From the NCBI RefSeq assembly GCF_001194135.2, contig NC_068986.1, positions 45,973,092 to 46,037,091 of the forward strand: 64,000 nucleotides of DNA, in the 5' to 3' direction. The notes beneath the pieces are model-generated. The model did no database searches. It saw only the letters and a list, made by a program, of their open reading frames with translations, and was not told the origin of the DNA. The stretch's first letter is position 1. The number at the start of each line of letters is the position of its first letter. The translations under genes were made by a program, and so were the position numbers. Positions 13,064 through 28,400 of this stretch are shown piece by piece. This DNA comes from Octopus bimaculoides. Lineage: Eukaryota.

Positions 13064-16000
13064 TATTATGAAGATATGCTTTCTCTCTTATAATAACTGT
13101 TTGCTTGGGGAAGCTACATATATATCAAATTCTTAAATCAGTATAGTCATTGTTAAGTAAGTTCTATTTCACTGGACTTCTGGTATGCATTCTGTTGACT
13201 GAGCAAAGCATTCATAAATGTGCCAATTTTGTATTTATTATAGAGCTTATGCTCTAAACTTAGGACTTGAAATATTTCTTAAAATAGGACCGTTTTAAAG
13301 ATATTAAGGAATTGCTATAGGAGATTTGACTGCTAGATTGGCAAAATGATTGATTAAGTAGAAGCTCCTTTGTTGACATAGAAAGAAGCAATAAGACTGT
13401 AAAAATGAACAGCTTTCAAGGGTCTACATTATGGCAGAAAGACTAATTTAATAGCCCAAAATAGATGAATAATTGGGGATCATATGTTATATACAGAATC
13501 ATTCGATTGATTATCTGTTAAAGAATGTTATTATACTAGAATAGACATGCCCTAGAAAATGAAAGCTTGTATAATGATGTTACAAACTTTATTTTTACTC
13601 CATAGAATAAATATAGACATGATGGTATCTTGTATCTTAAAAGATTAATATAAGTAGCTATTTATGCTAAAAGATTTTGATGAAAAGTGTCAATAAAATT
13701 TCCAGTAATCACTTAATAGGAAAAATATTCTAAACAAAGATAAAGACCCAAATATAAAGGAATACTAATAAATTGAGTAAAAACTTAAATGTGAAATTTT
13801 TGAATATAATGATACAGGACCCTGCTTAGTGCCTGAAGATAAGAAAGTCAATTAAAGAACTAAAGAAAGAAATATTGCAAAATAACCTCATACAAAAGAG
13901 AAATTTTTCAAATGATTTCAAGTGAAAAGATAAACCATTATTCATTTGTCAAATTTGAAATCTTACTATATTCTGTTATTCTAATGCTTAAATGATTAAT
14001 ATTAAAACTTTGATAACATTCGGTATTCTGTTGTTGCTAGCAAATAGGTATTAGTTCAATTACCAAATAGTTGCAAATCCCTGCTAATGTGCATTATATT
14101 TAATCTGAAAATTTTCCTCTCAACAATTTGAATTGAACTTACTTCAAACCATTGAGAACAACTTGTATCATTTTAACATTTAGGATTTAAAATATATACC
14201 AGCAGGAGCATATTTACTCTTACTTTTAGAAAATGTTTATATATTTTGCAAGACCATTATTTTGGTTATAGCCTGATATAATATGATACTGCAAACTTTA
14301 GTGGGATGAGAGTAGGATTTTTATAAAAATTCAGAATGTTCTTTAGTTGAAAATAAGGATGTATACTTATATGAAGGTAAATAATAGGACCATTTGTTTT
14401 TGGGAAGAACGGAGGAGATACCTTTCGTATTTAGATTTATATAAAGTATGATTTGAGTTGTAATTTTTGGCAATCTGTTAAAATTGAAGTACATACATGG
14501 TGGAAGAATCATTTTAGCCATTTAAGAATACTCAAAGCTGATATATTCACTTTCCATTTATTTCTTCATTGACAGTATATCATGAAGTATCATCAACCCA
14601 CCTGAAACCACTTCTGTTTCAATGATACAAGCCTCCTGTCTTAAACCTTCTATCAAAATTCTGTGTTAATTTATGCTCCATACACTAGCTTAATTTGATG
14701 AAGTTTATTATATTCTTCCTTATTTTCAAAATTAATTGAAACAATGACAATGCATTTCAAAAGAGAAATGGTAACAGAAGAATTAAAACATTTCATTTCA
14801 CTTTGACTTCTTGTCGCTAACATAATTCCATTGTATGCATTTAAATCACAGAAGTCTAATGAAACAATCTGGTGCTTCATAACAGATAGTACTATGGGCA
14901 AATAAATAGAAATTGACCATAGCAGTTTTGATAAAAGGAGTTTTAATTCTTCAATACTGGTTGTTGCTGTTGTTTTGACCTAGCAGAATTATAATCAAAG
15001 TTATTCCAGCCAAACTACCATTGGTAAAATAATAGGGTGTGAGTTGAATATTTGATTGTTAATCTTAGCACAGCAAGCAACCATGCAGAAGCAACATCTT
15101 CAGAATCCACATCTTATAAGGAAGAAATATTGTTGATTGAAAAAATTGAATGATTCTGATTGGATAGAAGGTCTATCATTTTAAATATTGATACTACATC
15201 TTCTATTCAAAACTAAACTAGGTACCAAATGTTTAAAAACAGTTTCCATTGGCGAAATTTGTACTGTGGGTACACTCCACTGTTCTGAGATAGTGTAGTC
15301 ATGTGATAAGCAAAAGTTCAATTTCTACTCAAAACAGTTTATGAACTATAGTTATCATTTGACAAGCAAGAATTTTCTTAAATTATTACTCAATCTTTGT
15401 AGATATTTCTAGTATAGCAAACAGACATTTCTTTGAAATATTATCTGGAATGCTTTATTGCTTTAAAAGGAACTGAGTAAGTTGGAGATTTTGAACATTT
15501 CTGAAAACTGATGAAATAGAATAATAAAACTTGTGAGTCTCAAATGGGTTCTGTTCTATAAAGAGCTTTAATATAAGCAAATATTTAATTCAAGTGTGTA
15601 TTTGAAATTTAAACACTGTGATCCATGAAAATCTGATCTGCAGCTTAAGAAATTTTTTGATTGATTCTTTTGACATACCAATATTTGTTATCGTGTATTT
15701 TTCATATTCCTTTATTCTTTAATTCATTGCAGCCATGTGGCTGTGGTCGTGCTGGAGCAGCACTTCAGAATTTCATCAATGTATAGTTTATGTGAATATA
15801 GTAATCAAGGATTTAATTGATTAATATAATAGACACTGTATTTAATGTAATTATATGTAAAGAATTATGTTCTTACATTTAAATGCAATTAAATAGATAA
15901 ACATATATTTGCAAATACAAAAACACATATAAATATATTATATAAGATTAAAACATGAGTGCATACTAAATTGTGTTTTCAGAGTAATTTTTAATATATG

Positions 16001-17194
16001 CCAGTGGTAATATCTGGAAAAAAAAAAAAAAAGAAAATTCTGCCAAAATTATAAAACGCTACGTTAATTTTGATGTGCATTTTGTAGAAATATTGAGTCT
16101 TTCCCCTCCATATACGCAAAGAGTCTCAAAACAACAGAGGTCCATTGAAATATTTAGAAACTAATATTTCTTTATACATGGCTATAATGTGAGAACATAT
16201 TGACATGTTAATTAATCATAATGGAGATATTATGCTAAAACAATAAGAAATAAAATATACTTTGTGAATCTTGGTTGGAAATCTATTATGAACTCAGTAA
16301 TATCAAATATGGAATTAAAAAGAAAGGAAACAGAAAAAATATTTAAAAAAAAAAACAAAATAATGTTAAAGGAAATTTTTATACTTTCTGTATATATTTT
16401 GACTGTTTTGCAAATAATTTATTAGAAAGTTCTTATCAGGATTGTTAGAAACTCTCTAAATACTTTAAATATATTTGAAGTATAGATTTTTCAAAATACA
16501 AATTCTGAAACATGTAATACTTTTAAAATACACAGTTTTTCAATCATTGCTGTATGTAAGAGGATTAGATATGAAATGTTTTAGCTTTATGTCTAAACTA
16601 ATATGAAGATCTTTGTACTCACACTGTTTGCACTGTTTAACTAAAATATGATTTTGTAATATAATCATAATGAAAAGCATCTGTTACATTATATTATTAA
16701 AATAATACTGAAGTTTCAAAATAATAGTCAAGTTTCAAGTAGGTAAAAAACTGAATTTTCTGATCAATGAAAACACTGAATGGTTATATGCCAATTGATG
16801 GAAAAATTTAATTTTTGATGAATCAGTACATATTCATATAATCTTTTGCAGAGTTCTTGATGAGGCACTTAAAAAATATATAAGCATATTTCATATATTT
16901 AAGCATTTGATGTTATAAAAGTACACAAAATCTCATGAAAAAATCACAATAAAAGTTATTAACTAAAATATAAAAAAAAGAGAGTAGGAATTATACAAAG
17001 AAAAATAGAAAACCATTTATCACATGATTTCTAGCATAACTTTTTAAAATGCAGAAACATTCTGGTGTCTTTATCTCACTGGTATATTCATAGATGGAAA
17101 ACAAACATTGCTGTTAATGTATTTATAAATATAAGGATAGTTCAATTAATCTAAACATATATTTTTCTTATCCACCCAAATAAATGGTTGTACA

Positions 17195-17196
<2 letters not shown>

Positions 17197-17251
<55 letters not shown>
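17197..17251. repeat. (TG)n microsatellite
   Basis: Pure TG array. Confidence 0.98.
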
Positions 17252-17254
<3 letters not shown>

Positions 17255-17924
17255 CATGAGTACAGGTTAAAGCTGCTCATTACAAAATACAGAAACTTGT
17301 AACATTAACTGCTGATTCTGCAAAAATATTACTGTAAGTGATATGTTTGACTCTGGAAAGAAGGCAAATAATTTTTCTCTAAAACCTAGTAGCTTTTTCT
17401 TTGGCTACATTATGCAACACATAAAAGATTACAATAATAAAGACACAATGATGTGCTTTCCAACAATTCAATATCAACTGATAATACTTTTCTCTTTAAG
17501 GCAAAAGCTTGCACACACATACACACACATGTACACATGCGTGTGCACACAGACACACACAGACACACACAGACACACACAAACACACACACATTAATGA
17601 TTATTTATGAGGTGAAGCTGATTTAAATTATTTATATACCTATAGATCAAAAAATATATATTCATCTTTGGTAAGTTGACTGCTCTTAAATATCTTCGTC
17701 CAGACTCTGGTTGAGTTTGACATTCAGTTTTGATTCCTGCTTAGTATGGTTTCACACCCATTCTCTCAAGAACAACCAGTTCTCTATTTGTCTATCCATC
17801 CATTCATCTGTCTGCCCATCAATTCCTTTGTCTACCCATCTGCTCATTCCTCCATCCATCCAATCAGCCATCCACATCATCATCACCATCATCACCCACA
17901 TCATAATCACCACCACTATCACCT

Positions 17925-18122
17925 TTCCATGCTTGCATAAGTTAAAATGGTTGTGGCTGATTTTCTACAGTCACATGCCATTCCTGTCACCAACCCTCTC
18001 CTGTTTTCAAGCAACGTATCTTTTGAATAGCTGGACATATTTCCACAGAATATTGGAAAGAGCCAACATCACTTATATGGTGGTGATGTTTGTTCAAATC
18101 TATTGTGTGATGTTAAGACTAG
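17925..18122 (-). repeat. Interspersed repeat family D (minus copy)
   Basis: ttccatgcttgcat..atgccattcctgtcaccaaccct..caagcaa is the reverse complement of the 20150-20375 copy; another copy lies at ~40030-40150. Confidence 0.6.
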
Positions 18123-18294
18123 GATAAACAAATACACACATGGACACATAATCATACACAAGCAGACAAAGAGACATAAAAATACACACACACACAAACA
18201 TAAATACATACATATATATATACGTACATATATATATGCACATACATATGTATATAATATATATATATATATGCACATATATATATATATGTAC

Positions 18295-18823
18295 NNNNNN
18301 NNNNNNNNNNNNNNNNNNNNNNNNNNNNNNNNNNNNNNNNNNNNNNNNNNNNNNNNNNNNNNNNNNNNNNNNNNNNNNNNNNNNNNNNNNNNNNNNNNNN
18401 NNNNNNNNNNNNNNNNNNNNNNNNNNNNNNNNNNNNNNNNNNNNNNNNNNNNNNNNNNNNNNNNNNNNNNNNNNNNNNNNNNNNNNNNNNNNNNNNNNNN
18501 NNNNNNNNNNNNNNNNNNNNNNNNNNNNNNNNNNNNNNNNNNNNNNNNNNNNNNNNNNNNNNNNNNNNNNNNNNNNNNNNNNNNNNNNNNNNNNNNNNNN
18601 NNNNNNNNNNNNNNNNNNNNNNNNNNNNNNNNNNNNNNNNNNNNNNNNNNNNNNNNNNNNNNNNNNNNNNNNNNNNNNNNNNNNNNNNNNNNNNNNNNNN
18701 NNNNNNNNNNNNNNNNNNNNNNNNNNNNNNNNNNNNNNNNNNNNNNNNNNNNNNNNNNNNNNNNNNNNNNNNNNNNNNNNNNNNNNNNNNNNNNNNNNNN
18801 NNNNNNNNNNNNNNNNNNNNNNN
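18295..18823. other. Assembly gap
   Basis: Run of N between TA arrays. Confidence 1.
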
Positions 18824-18867
<44 letters not shown>

Positions 18868-19053
18868 TCAAATGGAATGTGGTTGCTCTTTCTCAGGGAT
18901 GTATTTCCTCCAAGCGTACACTAGTTTAGCTCTATATTGATTAATTTTCCTGGAATTTGTTAATTTGTTAATAAGTATTAGTGCTTATTGATGGTTCTTC
19001 TTCAAAATCAGTATTTTACCCTTATGAAGTTGCAGTTGTTATTATAGATGTTT

Positions 19054-19211
19054 CATCAAGCTTCTTTCAATTTCCATGTGCCAAATACGCTCACAAGGCT
19101 TTGATTGGCTTGGAGCTCCAGTAGGAGATACTTAAGTTTCCAACCAGTAGAACTAAACTTGAAACCATCTAGTATGAAAGCAATCTTCTCAACTAAGGCC
19201 ATATCTGCACC
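19054..19211 (-). mobile_element. SINE family B, 5' half
   Basis: Reverse complement of the family B head (ctcacaaggctttgattggc...gccatatctgcacc). Confidence 0.6.
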
Positions 19212-19513
19212 TAAGTTATATTATGATTGTATCAGATAGAAAATATCCTTCATTAAAGTCTACTATAGAAATTTTCCAGCATCAGACAACACACACACTC
19301 ACACATCCATACATGCACACACACACACATGCACATACACACATGTGTAAACACTCACATGCTCACACATGCACACATACTCATACATACAGTCCTCTCT
19401 CTCTCATGAACAAAATGAAATAGAGTTTAAACTGAAAAGTACTGAAAATGATTTTTCATTTATATAATGTTTAGGTATTGCATTATTAAGACTATTTTGG
19501 AATAAATAAAATA

Positions 19514-19678
19514 GGTGATGGTGTGCCTGTGTGGTTGAGAAGATTGCTTCCATATTACATGGTTTCAGGTTCAGTCCTACTACATGGCACTTTTGGCAAG
19601 TGTCTTCAGGAATAGCCCAATGCTAACCAAAACCTTGTAAGTGGATCTGGTAGATAGAAGCAAAAGAAAGGCCATCAT
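19514..19678 (+). mobile_element. SINE family B, 5' half
   Basis: gtgcctgtgtggttgagaagattgcttcc..catggtttcaggttcagtcctact..ggcacttttggcaagtgtctt, running into (TA)n. Confidence 0.8.
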
Positions 19679-19699
19679 ATATATATGATGCCCTTTATA

Positions 19700-19759
<60 letters not shown>

Positions 19760-19766
<7 letters not shown>

Positions 19767-19801
19767 TTATTTATGTGTTTCAGCCAAGTGGCTGCGGTCA
19801 T
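19760..19801 (-). repeat. Short retroposon 3' end, identical (42 bp) to the inverted copy at 49600-49641
   Basis: tatttatttatttatgtgtttcagccaagtggctgcggtcat is the exact reverse complement of 49600-49641; both lie inside (TA)n arrays. Confidence 0.9.
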
Positions 19802-20149
19802 GCTGGTGCACATATATATATATTATTTCTTTTTTTGAGAAGTTAAATGTTACGGCCAATCTTTGAGTGATCATTGCTTTTGCACTTATAAAGTGCTTAA
19901 GCAGTATAGGCAACTTGTCAAACTCAAAATTGCCTGTACTGTTAAGTGCTTTATAGGTGTGAAACCAATGGTCACTCTATGACAGACCATAACATTTAAC
20001 TCCCAAAAAATAAAATATATATTACTCCTCTAATGCTCTAGAGTGTGCTTCTACTTCTTTTCTGGATATATGAACTACTGACGATGTGTGTATGTGTGTG
20101 TATGTGTGTGTGCGTGTGTGCGTGTGCGTGCGTGTATGTTTGTTTGTGT

Positions 20150-20375
20150 CTATCTTTATCTGGACATCACATAATGGTTGTAAATGAGCATCTTAATCAT
20201 CCTAGTGAGATCGTTCATTTCTTGCCTTCCTTGGAAAACATGTTTAGGTGTGGGGAAAATGTTACCTTGCTTGTAAACAGGCAAGGGTTGGTAAAAAGAA
20301 GGGTATCCAGCAAAGAAGAACCTGCTTCAGCGAATCTCATCTGATCCATGCAAACACGAAAAAGGGAATGTTAAA
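20150..20375 (+). repeat. Interspersed repeat family D (plus copy)
   Basis: cttgcttgtaaacaggcaagggttggtaaaaagaagggtatccagc...gatccatgcaaacacgaaaaaggg. Confidence 0.6.
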
Positions 20376-20391
20376 TAGTTATATATATAAT

Positions 20392-20463
<72 letters not shown>

Positions 20464-21149
20464 ACACATTACTCATTACATACAATAAAAAAAATTCCTC
20501 TTGAAGATGCACAACCATGAGTCAAATATTCATGTTTTGTTTCATAACTTTTATTTGTTTTATTTAAAGCAAAATCGAGAATATTTAGAACGTAGTTATT
20601 TCATGAATTTTTAAAAATGCATTTTCTCAAATGTTGGAAATATATAATAACAATCTGCCATGATGACTATGTGATGTATCCATAAACATGAGGCAAATAC
20701 TCAGGTCAATTTATAGACTAAAATCCTTCAAAGCAATACCCTGGTATGGCTTTGGTCCAATGACTGAAGCCAATAAAGGAACATAGAAATTTTGCTCTGA
20801 ATATTTCAATATTTTTTCACATCTCTTTAAATCACGCATATATGTATGTATTTGTGTATGCATGAATATCTAATAGATGCATTTTCATGACTTTACATTT
20901 AAAAATTCTAGAGTGTAATTTGCAGGGAAATGTGTAGATTTTGTTGGTTATGTATTCATAGTTCAATAACTAAACCATTAAATCCTTATCATGGCTTAAT
21001 GACAGTATCTGACTCCAATTCATATCCACTGAGAATCACCAACATCTACTTGGATTAACATCCATTTGAATAGTGGTATAAAACCAGGCTATGAACTTAA
21101 TGGTATAGTCACTGTTGTTGTTGTTGTTGTTGTTGTGTGTGTGCATGTA

Positions 21150-21191
<42 letters not shown>

Positions 21192-21757
21192 TGCATACAC
21201 TCATACACACACTTATATAATAGTATCATTTTTGCATTATCTATATCATTTTGTGTTTATCTTGTTGTATTAATAGAATTGCAAATGTTATTTTATATTT
21301 GAGGTATTATATTGACTCTATTTCAGATAGAATAAGCATAATGTAATTGCTATTTCAGAAAACTACATCTTTCACAATGATGGCTTCCTAGTGCACTTGA
21401 TTATATCAACTAAATATTGTTTTAGTTTTCAATTTCACTATTACATGTAAAATATATTTTGACAGAAAATTTGGCATATTACTAGTTAGATAAGGACACT
21501 TAATGCAATTATATTTATTCATTTTACTGGAAGTAATATCTTTTATATTATGATTATGGGAATAAGAGGGCAAATAAGTGATTCCAAATGTGAATGGGAA
21601 CAGTGTTAATGTTCAAACTTATGTTGCTACTACCATTAGGAAAGAATCTTGAATATCAAGACTTCCCATATGTTTAAGAAACTGAAGGCAAGGTTTGAAC
21701 TCACTGCCATATGAACAAATTTATAGTACTTCTGGAATTTGTATACATATACACATA

Positions 21758-22460
21758 GATGCTAACATCACTATGTGGTGAAGAAGCATATTTTGCAACC
21801 ACATAGCTTTGTCTTCAGTCCCAATACATGGCACCTACTGTAGCTCTGAGCCAACCAAACCAATGCCTAGTAAGTGAATTTGGTGTTCAGAAACTGTGTG
21901 GAAGTTCATTATATATATATATATATAGATATATCAAATTAAAATAAGCAACAGGGTACCAAGAAGTGATGCAGTACGACCGTTTCAAGTAGCTCCATTC
22001 AATTGAACAATGCAATCATTACATCAATCTAAATGCAGGGCTATCATCAGCTGCACAAGTAAATAAGTGCAGCTGATGATAGCCTTGCATTTAAATTGAT
22101 GCAATGATTGCATTGTTCAATTGAATGGAGCTACTTGAAACGGTCGTACTGCATCACTTCTTTATATTCTGTTGCTTATTTTGATTTTATTCACCTTACT
22201 TCGAGCTGTGTGGATAATACCAGACTGACTTGGTGCTTCAACTTAAGTACCTAATTCAAATGAGTCTCAATTATTATATATATATATATATATATATATG
22301 TTTGTATGTACCTTTGTGTTTGTTAACCCCCCACCCTTCACCATTTGACAACTGGTATTGGTTTGTTTACATCCCTGTAATTTGGTAGTTTGGCAAAGAG
22401 ATCAAAAGAATAAGTACCAGACTTGAAAAAATAAGTACAGAGGTTGATTTGTTTGAATAC
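21758..22460 (+). mobile_element. SINE family B copy interrupted by a palindromic insert
   Basis: Head at 21758-21908, then (TA)n, a foreign segment ~21930-22270, (TA)n, and the 3' half ccaccatttgacaactggt..aataagtaccag at 22300-22460. Confidence 0.7.
21936..22187. repeat. Long near-perfect inverted repeat (foldback), 96-bp inner arms with a 10-nt loop
   Basis: 21961-22056 is the reverse complement of 22067-22162 with only 3 differences; the outer 60 bp are identical. After a 6x6 internal loop, 21941-21954 pairs perfectly with 22169-22182. Confidence 0.97.
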
Positions 22461-25400
22461 CTTGTAGGGATATATGAGGCCATTAAAAGATCTATTTTAA
22501 GAAAAGGCCTTAAAACATGTCAGTAATTCCAGAAAACTAGCTTACAAAAACATATTTATTTTCCTTACTAATCTGCAAAATGAATTGGAATATTTATATA
22601 TTTTCCTTATCTGCAAAACAAATCAATTCACACTAAATAAATGTTACAGAAAGATGCCATCTATGATAGATACTAGATTCCACAACCTCAGAATTAAGCT
22701 CATTGTTTTCAATCAAGAGATAAATATCACTGAATCACAAGAGGAAAACAATTTATATTGACAAAGATCTAATATTACATAACTGACAGTAAAGAAAAAA
22801 ACAATATTGTTGATTTGTATAGACCATTTATTGAAATAGGAAGGGACACTCTATAAGTCAAAATGCTGTTTATATAATAGATTGGGAAATATTCTAGATA
22901 TGAATTTTAACAAAATGTTTTAGTAAAGCAATGACTACCAAGAATTCAACTTTGATAAAGTATATCTAAAAAGTGCATGACAAGCAATATAGCAATTTAC
23001 ACCTTTAGCCAACAATATATTGTCTGCTAGAGCTAAGGTTATTGGGACTATGCCAACCAATGAATTGACATATCTAGACTAACCATTTGAAAATATTGAG
23101 AAGGTAACCACAAGAAATCTGATGACAGACCAATCATAAATGTTTAAGTTCTTTAAGCAGAGTATTACTGGTTTGTTACTCAAAGCCACAAATAGAGATG
23201 TTACCTACTTATCTGGTTAATTCTAGTGGAAGGATGGAACTAAAAAAAAGAATGAAAGCAAATGCATGGAAAAACCATTATAAGCTGTTTAACTAACATC
23301 AGTTTCAAATTGTACACGAATTTTCATAAACATTGTAGCCATAAGCAAATAATTGCAGATGAGCAAGTGAAAAAAAAGGAACAAGAGAAAAACAAAAAAC
23401 ATCACTTTTTATCTGCCATGAATAACCTTAAATAAATTCTTTTCTGATGTGAAACAATAACAACAGAACCTTAAACACAACCTAGTTGATATATATATGT
23501 ATATATATATATATATAAAACAATTTGGATTATGTTCAACACTGTCTTGCAAAAAGAACCAATGAAAAAAACAACAAAATTCTTGTTGGCTGTTACCATG
23601 AATACAGAAACTGCAATAAAATTTAAACAATATACATGTTAACATGTGACAATAGACATTCTAGAAAATCTACAAATTAAAGAAAACTTCAATATATCTT
23701 CCACTCTGTTCTGGTCAACATAAGTTATAAATATCGTAGAATAGAAAATAATAGTGTGACAGCAGTAATGCAAACAAATCTCAATGAAGCAGAGAATATT
23801 ACACCAGTTTGAAAAAAAAATAGCAATTTGAACTTTTATTATACAAAAAAAAAATAAATAAAACTGATATCTCATAATGTACTGCAGTATCAGTATTAGT
23901 GTGAACATTTAGATATTTTATTTATCAGTTGAGAAGATCTCTTCCATTGACAGAACAAAGAAAATCTTAACAATTGCTGGCAGTCTCCACAGCAACAGTG
24001 ACATGATAAATTTTATCTGAAAAGGAAACATGGTGCGTAAAGTATCTGATCAGGTTACTAAGTTTGTGTTTTGTTGCATATTATGACTATTCTTAGGAAT
24101 ACTGGAATATATTTTAGATTCATTAACATTAATAACAATTTAGTTTATATGAAACTTCCATTAATTTTCTTTAATTATAGTAGCATTTGCTGTAATATTT
24201 ACAATTTCATCAATCACTAACTTCTATGAATCTTTCATTCAGTAAGCACCACTACAGAATTTGTACATCTTAATTAAATACAACTTTCCAAGTGTATATC
24301 TACTTGGCCAGTATCAAAAATCATAGAAGTATGAATCCCTATGTCACATATGTGAGGCAGATGCTTCTGATCTCAGTTCCATTGATTTTAAGATGGTGGA
24401 AGCAATTTTTATCAGCAATCTAATTTAATACTTTATCTCACCTTCTCCTCTCTCTTTCATCTGTGAACTTAAACCACCAAAATATATATCTATAGGTGAT
24501 ATACCTCCTTATATATATGACACACAAGACTTATTCAATAAAAATACAGCCTTTGACAAAGCACAACAGGAAAATCTCTTAGCAAAATTTCTTTCTCCTG
24601 GCTTATACTAAGAATTAATCTACTGATCGAAACCTTCATTTTTTATATATTCTGCTAATCAATCCACTCAACAATAAGCTCCTTGACCCTTAATCTCCTC
24701 AATAATATGGTAATATACATCAACCCCATTGCTTCCATTTCTCTTTTATCCAACATTCTGTGTATTGATAACATTAGCTTCTATTATCAGACATCTACTT
24801 CATCTAGCTATAAGAATCTTCACTACTTTCTCAATAAACTGATAATGTTTAATGACACCACAAGTCAAATACTTTATTTCAAATGAATAAAATTGTATCA
24901 GTTACAAACATTTCAGAAGAAGCTCATAACTTCTCAGGTTTCTCTCTATATATATGCTTGGACCTACAACTTTCAGTATCTCATCTTGAAAAATTCTTTT
25001 TGTCTTGATATCACTTTATAAAGTGCCCAATAAAAAGATTTGCTTCCATCTAAAACAGAAATGTCAATATCAGAAATGCTATCTGATAAACTTTTTCTCT
25101 TGTTGTCTCTGTGTGTGGCACAAAAATATTTCTTCTAACATCTTAACTCTTTATCAAGTCCTTAAATCAATACAACAAGGCATCTTTTACATGCAATGTT
25201 ATTACAGACAAGAAGCTATTTTTGTAGCTTTCTGCTACAATTCATTTATCTTCAGAGTAGGTTAATCATGTTAAAATCTATCAGTGTTTTCTCATATGGT
25301 TTTAACAATGATGTTATATCAGTTATAGTTAGCCATAATGCTGGAAGTCTTCTTATTGACAAAAACAATGGCAAGTGTTAGAATTACAAGGAGCATGGCA

Positions 25401-28400
25401 ACTTAATAATTAAGTAAATACTGTCTAGACTAGAACTTAATCATTGATATAAAAATTTACTAAAAATGACAGATGACAGAAGAGCAAGACAGAACAATTA
25501 TAAGTCATCCAGCAAGTAAGAAAGTATGGGAGAACAAACACAAATTCCTTGCTGTTTTAGTCAAAAGATGAATTATCTCAGACTAAAGGGTATTGATGAG
25601 AATCAAAATTTTACTTAAAGTACAATTATTGACCTTTATACATTACAGAAATAATTATACTAAGATGACAGTGGTGAGCAAAGATAACCTTCTCAGCTAC
25701 CTGAAATTTATGAATGGACAGTGTTACGTCCCTAATAGAAGAGCAGCAGAATTTTGATATTTTAAATAAGAATTCTCTTCCTGCACAAAACAGTGTTTGG
25801 TCATATCTTCCTTAAAATAAAACCAGCAGAAATAAAGGACATATGAAGAAAAGGGATGTATAACACTTGAGTGTTAAGATATACAGGAGTAAAACAAAAC
25901 ACCAGTTTTTCAATTCCAACAAGAGGAATAGAAATGAATATATTTGAGTTAACAGATGTGTGACAACAGGAAGCTATCAAAATATATTACAATAATGTAA
26001 GCTTTACTACTCATAAACAAAATACACATCAGTACGTAGTGTAGACTCTTAACCTTATTTGGAAAACGTTTCCTATCTGTATCTCATTCTGCCAAGATAT
26101 CAAGAAATAAATGTAGAATCATGATTGGGAGACACACTATGTGACATGTAAACCAAACTTGGTGGATTCAATGATGGATATATATTATCTATATACATTT
26201 TAAAGACAATCGAACGTATAACATATGGTAAAATATCCATTAATTTTTGTTAAAGTATAACTAACAAATGACAGTTTTATGTAAATCAATACTGGAGGAA
26301 GCAGTTAGAATTAATGTGAGTTTATGTCATTTATTTAAAGGCGAATTTAGTCCCTTAAAAAAGAGAAAAACTATTGCTTCTCATAAGTCACACATTATCA
26401 CCTACTATTTGCATGCACTAATGCATGCACAACTCAGAAATGATGTTTCACAAGCATTGCAAATCATGCGGTGGGCAAAACAGTAATAACCTATAAGCAT
26501 TCAGTACTTTTGATTTTTTTAAAGTATTAATAGAGAAAATCGAAAAGAAAAAAACACAGAAACAATCACCAGAAGAGCTACCCTAAATCAGAAGTTGGAA
26601 AGAGGAATTGATGTGAATTCATATGGATATTGGAACTCAAAGCTACATATCTTTTTAAGAATATATCAAAATTTCAATCAGTTTTTTTACCAAAATATAA
26701 AGTAGATTTGCAATAAATGATAAATATTTGCAACTTTTCCAGAAAATAAAGCATAAATTCTTAGTGAAGTATAGTTTACTAACAACGTCACTTATTAATA
26801 CCTACTTTATAAATGCATATAAGATAAGAAAAAAGTGATATTCCTCAAAGTTTTTTCCGTTTTTTTTTACAGTTTGATATTCAAGTAGATACATGACATG
26901 ACTTAAAGATGTCATATTTAAGAAAGGTCGATCTTATTTTGGCCTCAGTATAATGAAATAGATATAATAGATATTGCATAAAAGCCTAAACATTAAAAAA
27001 AACTAAACACGTTAGAAATATTTATGCTCTTCCATTTTTTAATTGATAGTAGATATAGAAAGGTATAATAAAATCAAGTCTTGTAGAGGGAATAAATATG
27101 AATAAAACGTCAGCCAGAAAACATTTATTATCATGTGTGTATGTGTGTGTGTGTGTGTGTGTGTGCATGTGCACACACATGTGTATGTGTGTATGTATGA
27201 GTGTGTGTGGTAAGCCAATGGAATAGTCTGAAAGGATGGCAAAAAACCCCAAATTGCATCACAATTTTATTATTACAAGTTAGAAGGTTTCTAATGTAGG
27301 ATGCAACATTCAGTAACACTTCTAGTAGCAATCTTGTGAAATTGGCATCATATACATTTTTTTGTCACCCAACAAGCCATGGACCACAAGATGACTGCTC
27401 CATGATAGGTTTCTTTTGGGATCCTTATTGGTGGAAACTTCCTGTATCTTGGGGCACTAAAACCACTTTCATACTTAGTGTGAGTTAAGATAATCAACTG
27501 AATGATGTACCTCACAAGGATATAATGGCTCTTTCAGCATATCTCCCTTTGGTTCAGTAAAGGCTTTCACTATTTTGTCTCCCCAGGTAGCTATGTACTT
27601 GCCTAAGTCAATTGTGATATAATAAAGTATCTACTTAAAGTAACCGTCAAGAAAATTAATCAAGTTATTTAAATGACATCATATTTTCTAAAAACCATCA
27701 CACAACATTTTAACGTGTTTCCTGACTCAAATACAGTGATTACATATATGACATGAAAATAGGCTTAAGAAAGTTCATAAATTAGAAAATACTCTGTGAT
27801 ATTAATCTCCTAGCAAAGCAGGAATGATTTAATTTGGGTAACTTTGCATCATACCTTAAACTTTTCATACCTATAATTAAGTAGTTTTACATTTTATGGA
27901 AGCTCTATAGGCTACTAATATATATTTTTTTTTTTAGGGAAGAATTGGAATTGCAGTGAAATATATAGTCTTTAGAGAGTAAATAAAAGTAAGTATTATC
28001 AACCAGAAAACAGATTTGAAATGTATTAATTTCAGTAAGACCAGCACAGAAAAGTAATTCCTTAGTAGAAATCAATGTTGTGGGATATGCTGTCCTGAGA
28101 TTTAGAGTGTAAATACTGTGGTCTCAATTTGGAAGACAAAGTGGATTGTTAAAGGTACATTTAGTTTCTATATTATGAAAGGTACAGATAGGGACTATGT
28201 AGAAGTTGCTTTGATAGCGCTTGAAAGTTTAGCTGGTATGATAGCTAGAAATAAGTTAACTTCTTTTCTAACAACATAATAAATTAAAACATAATTAACT
28301 AAGAAGTCATTAAAAATTATACTTTTCTTGAATATATTACTTAAAAACGTTTTTAGCAAGAGACTCATTTAAAACTAAGGAATTTATCAAAAATTAGCTA

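Noticed and set aside
23920-24030. Good minus-strand acceptor (tttccttttcag) followed by MSLLLWRLPAIVKIFFVLS
   Set aside because: The frame stops after a few more codons with no donor; such sites arise by chance in 60 kb.
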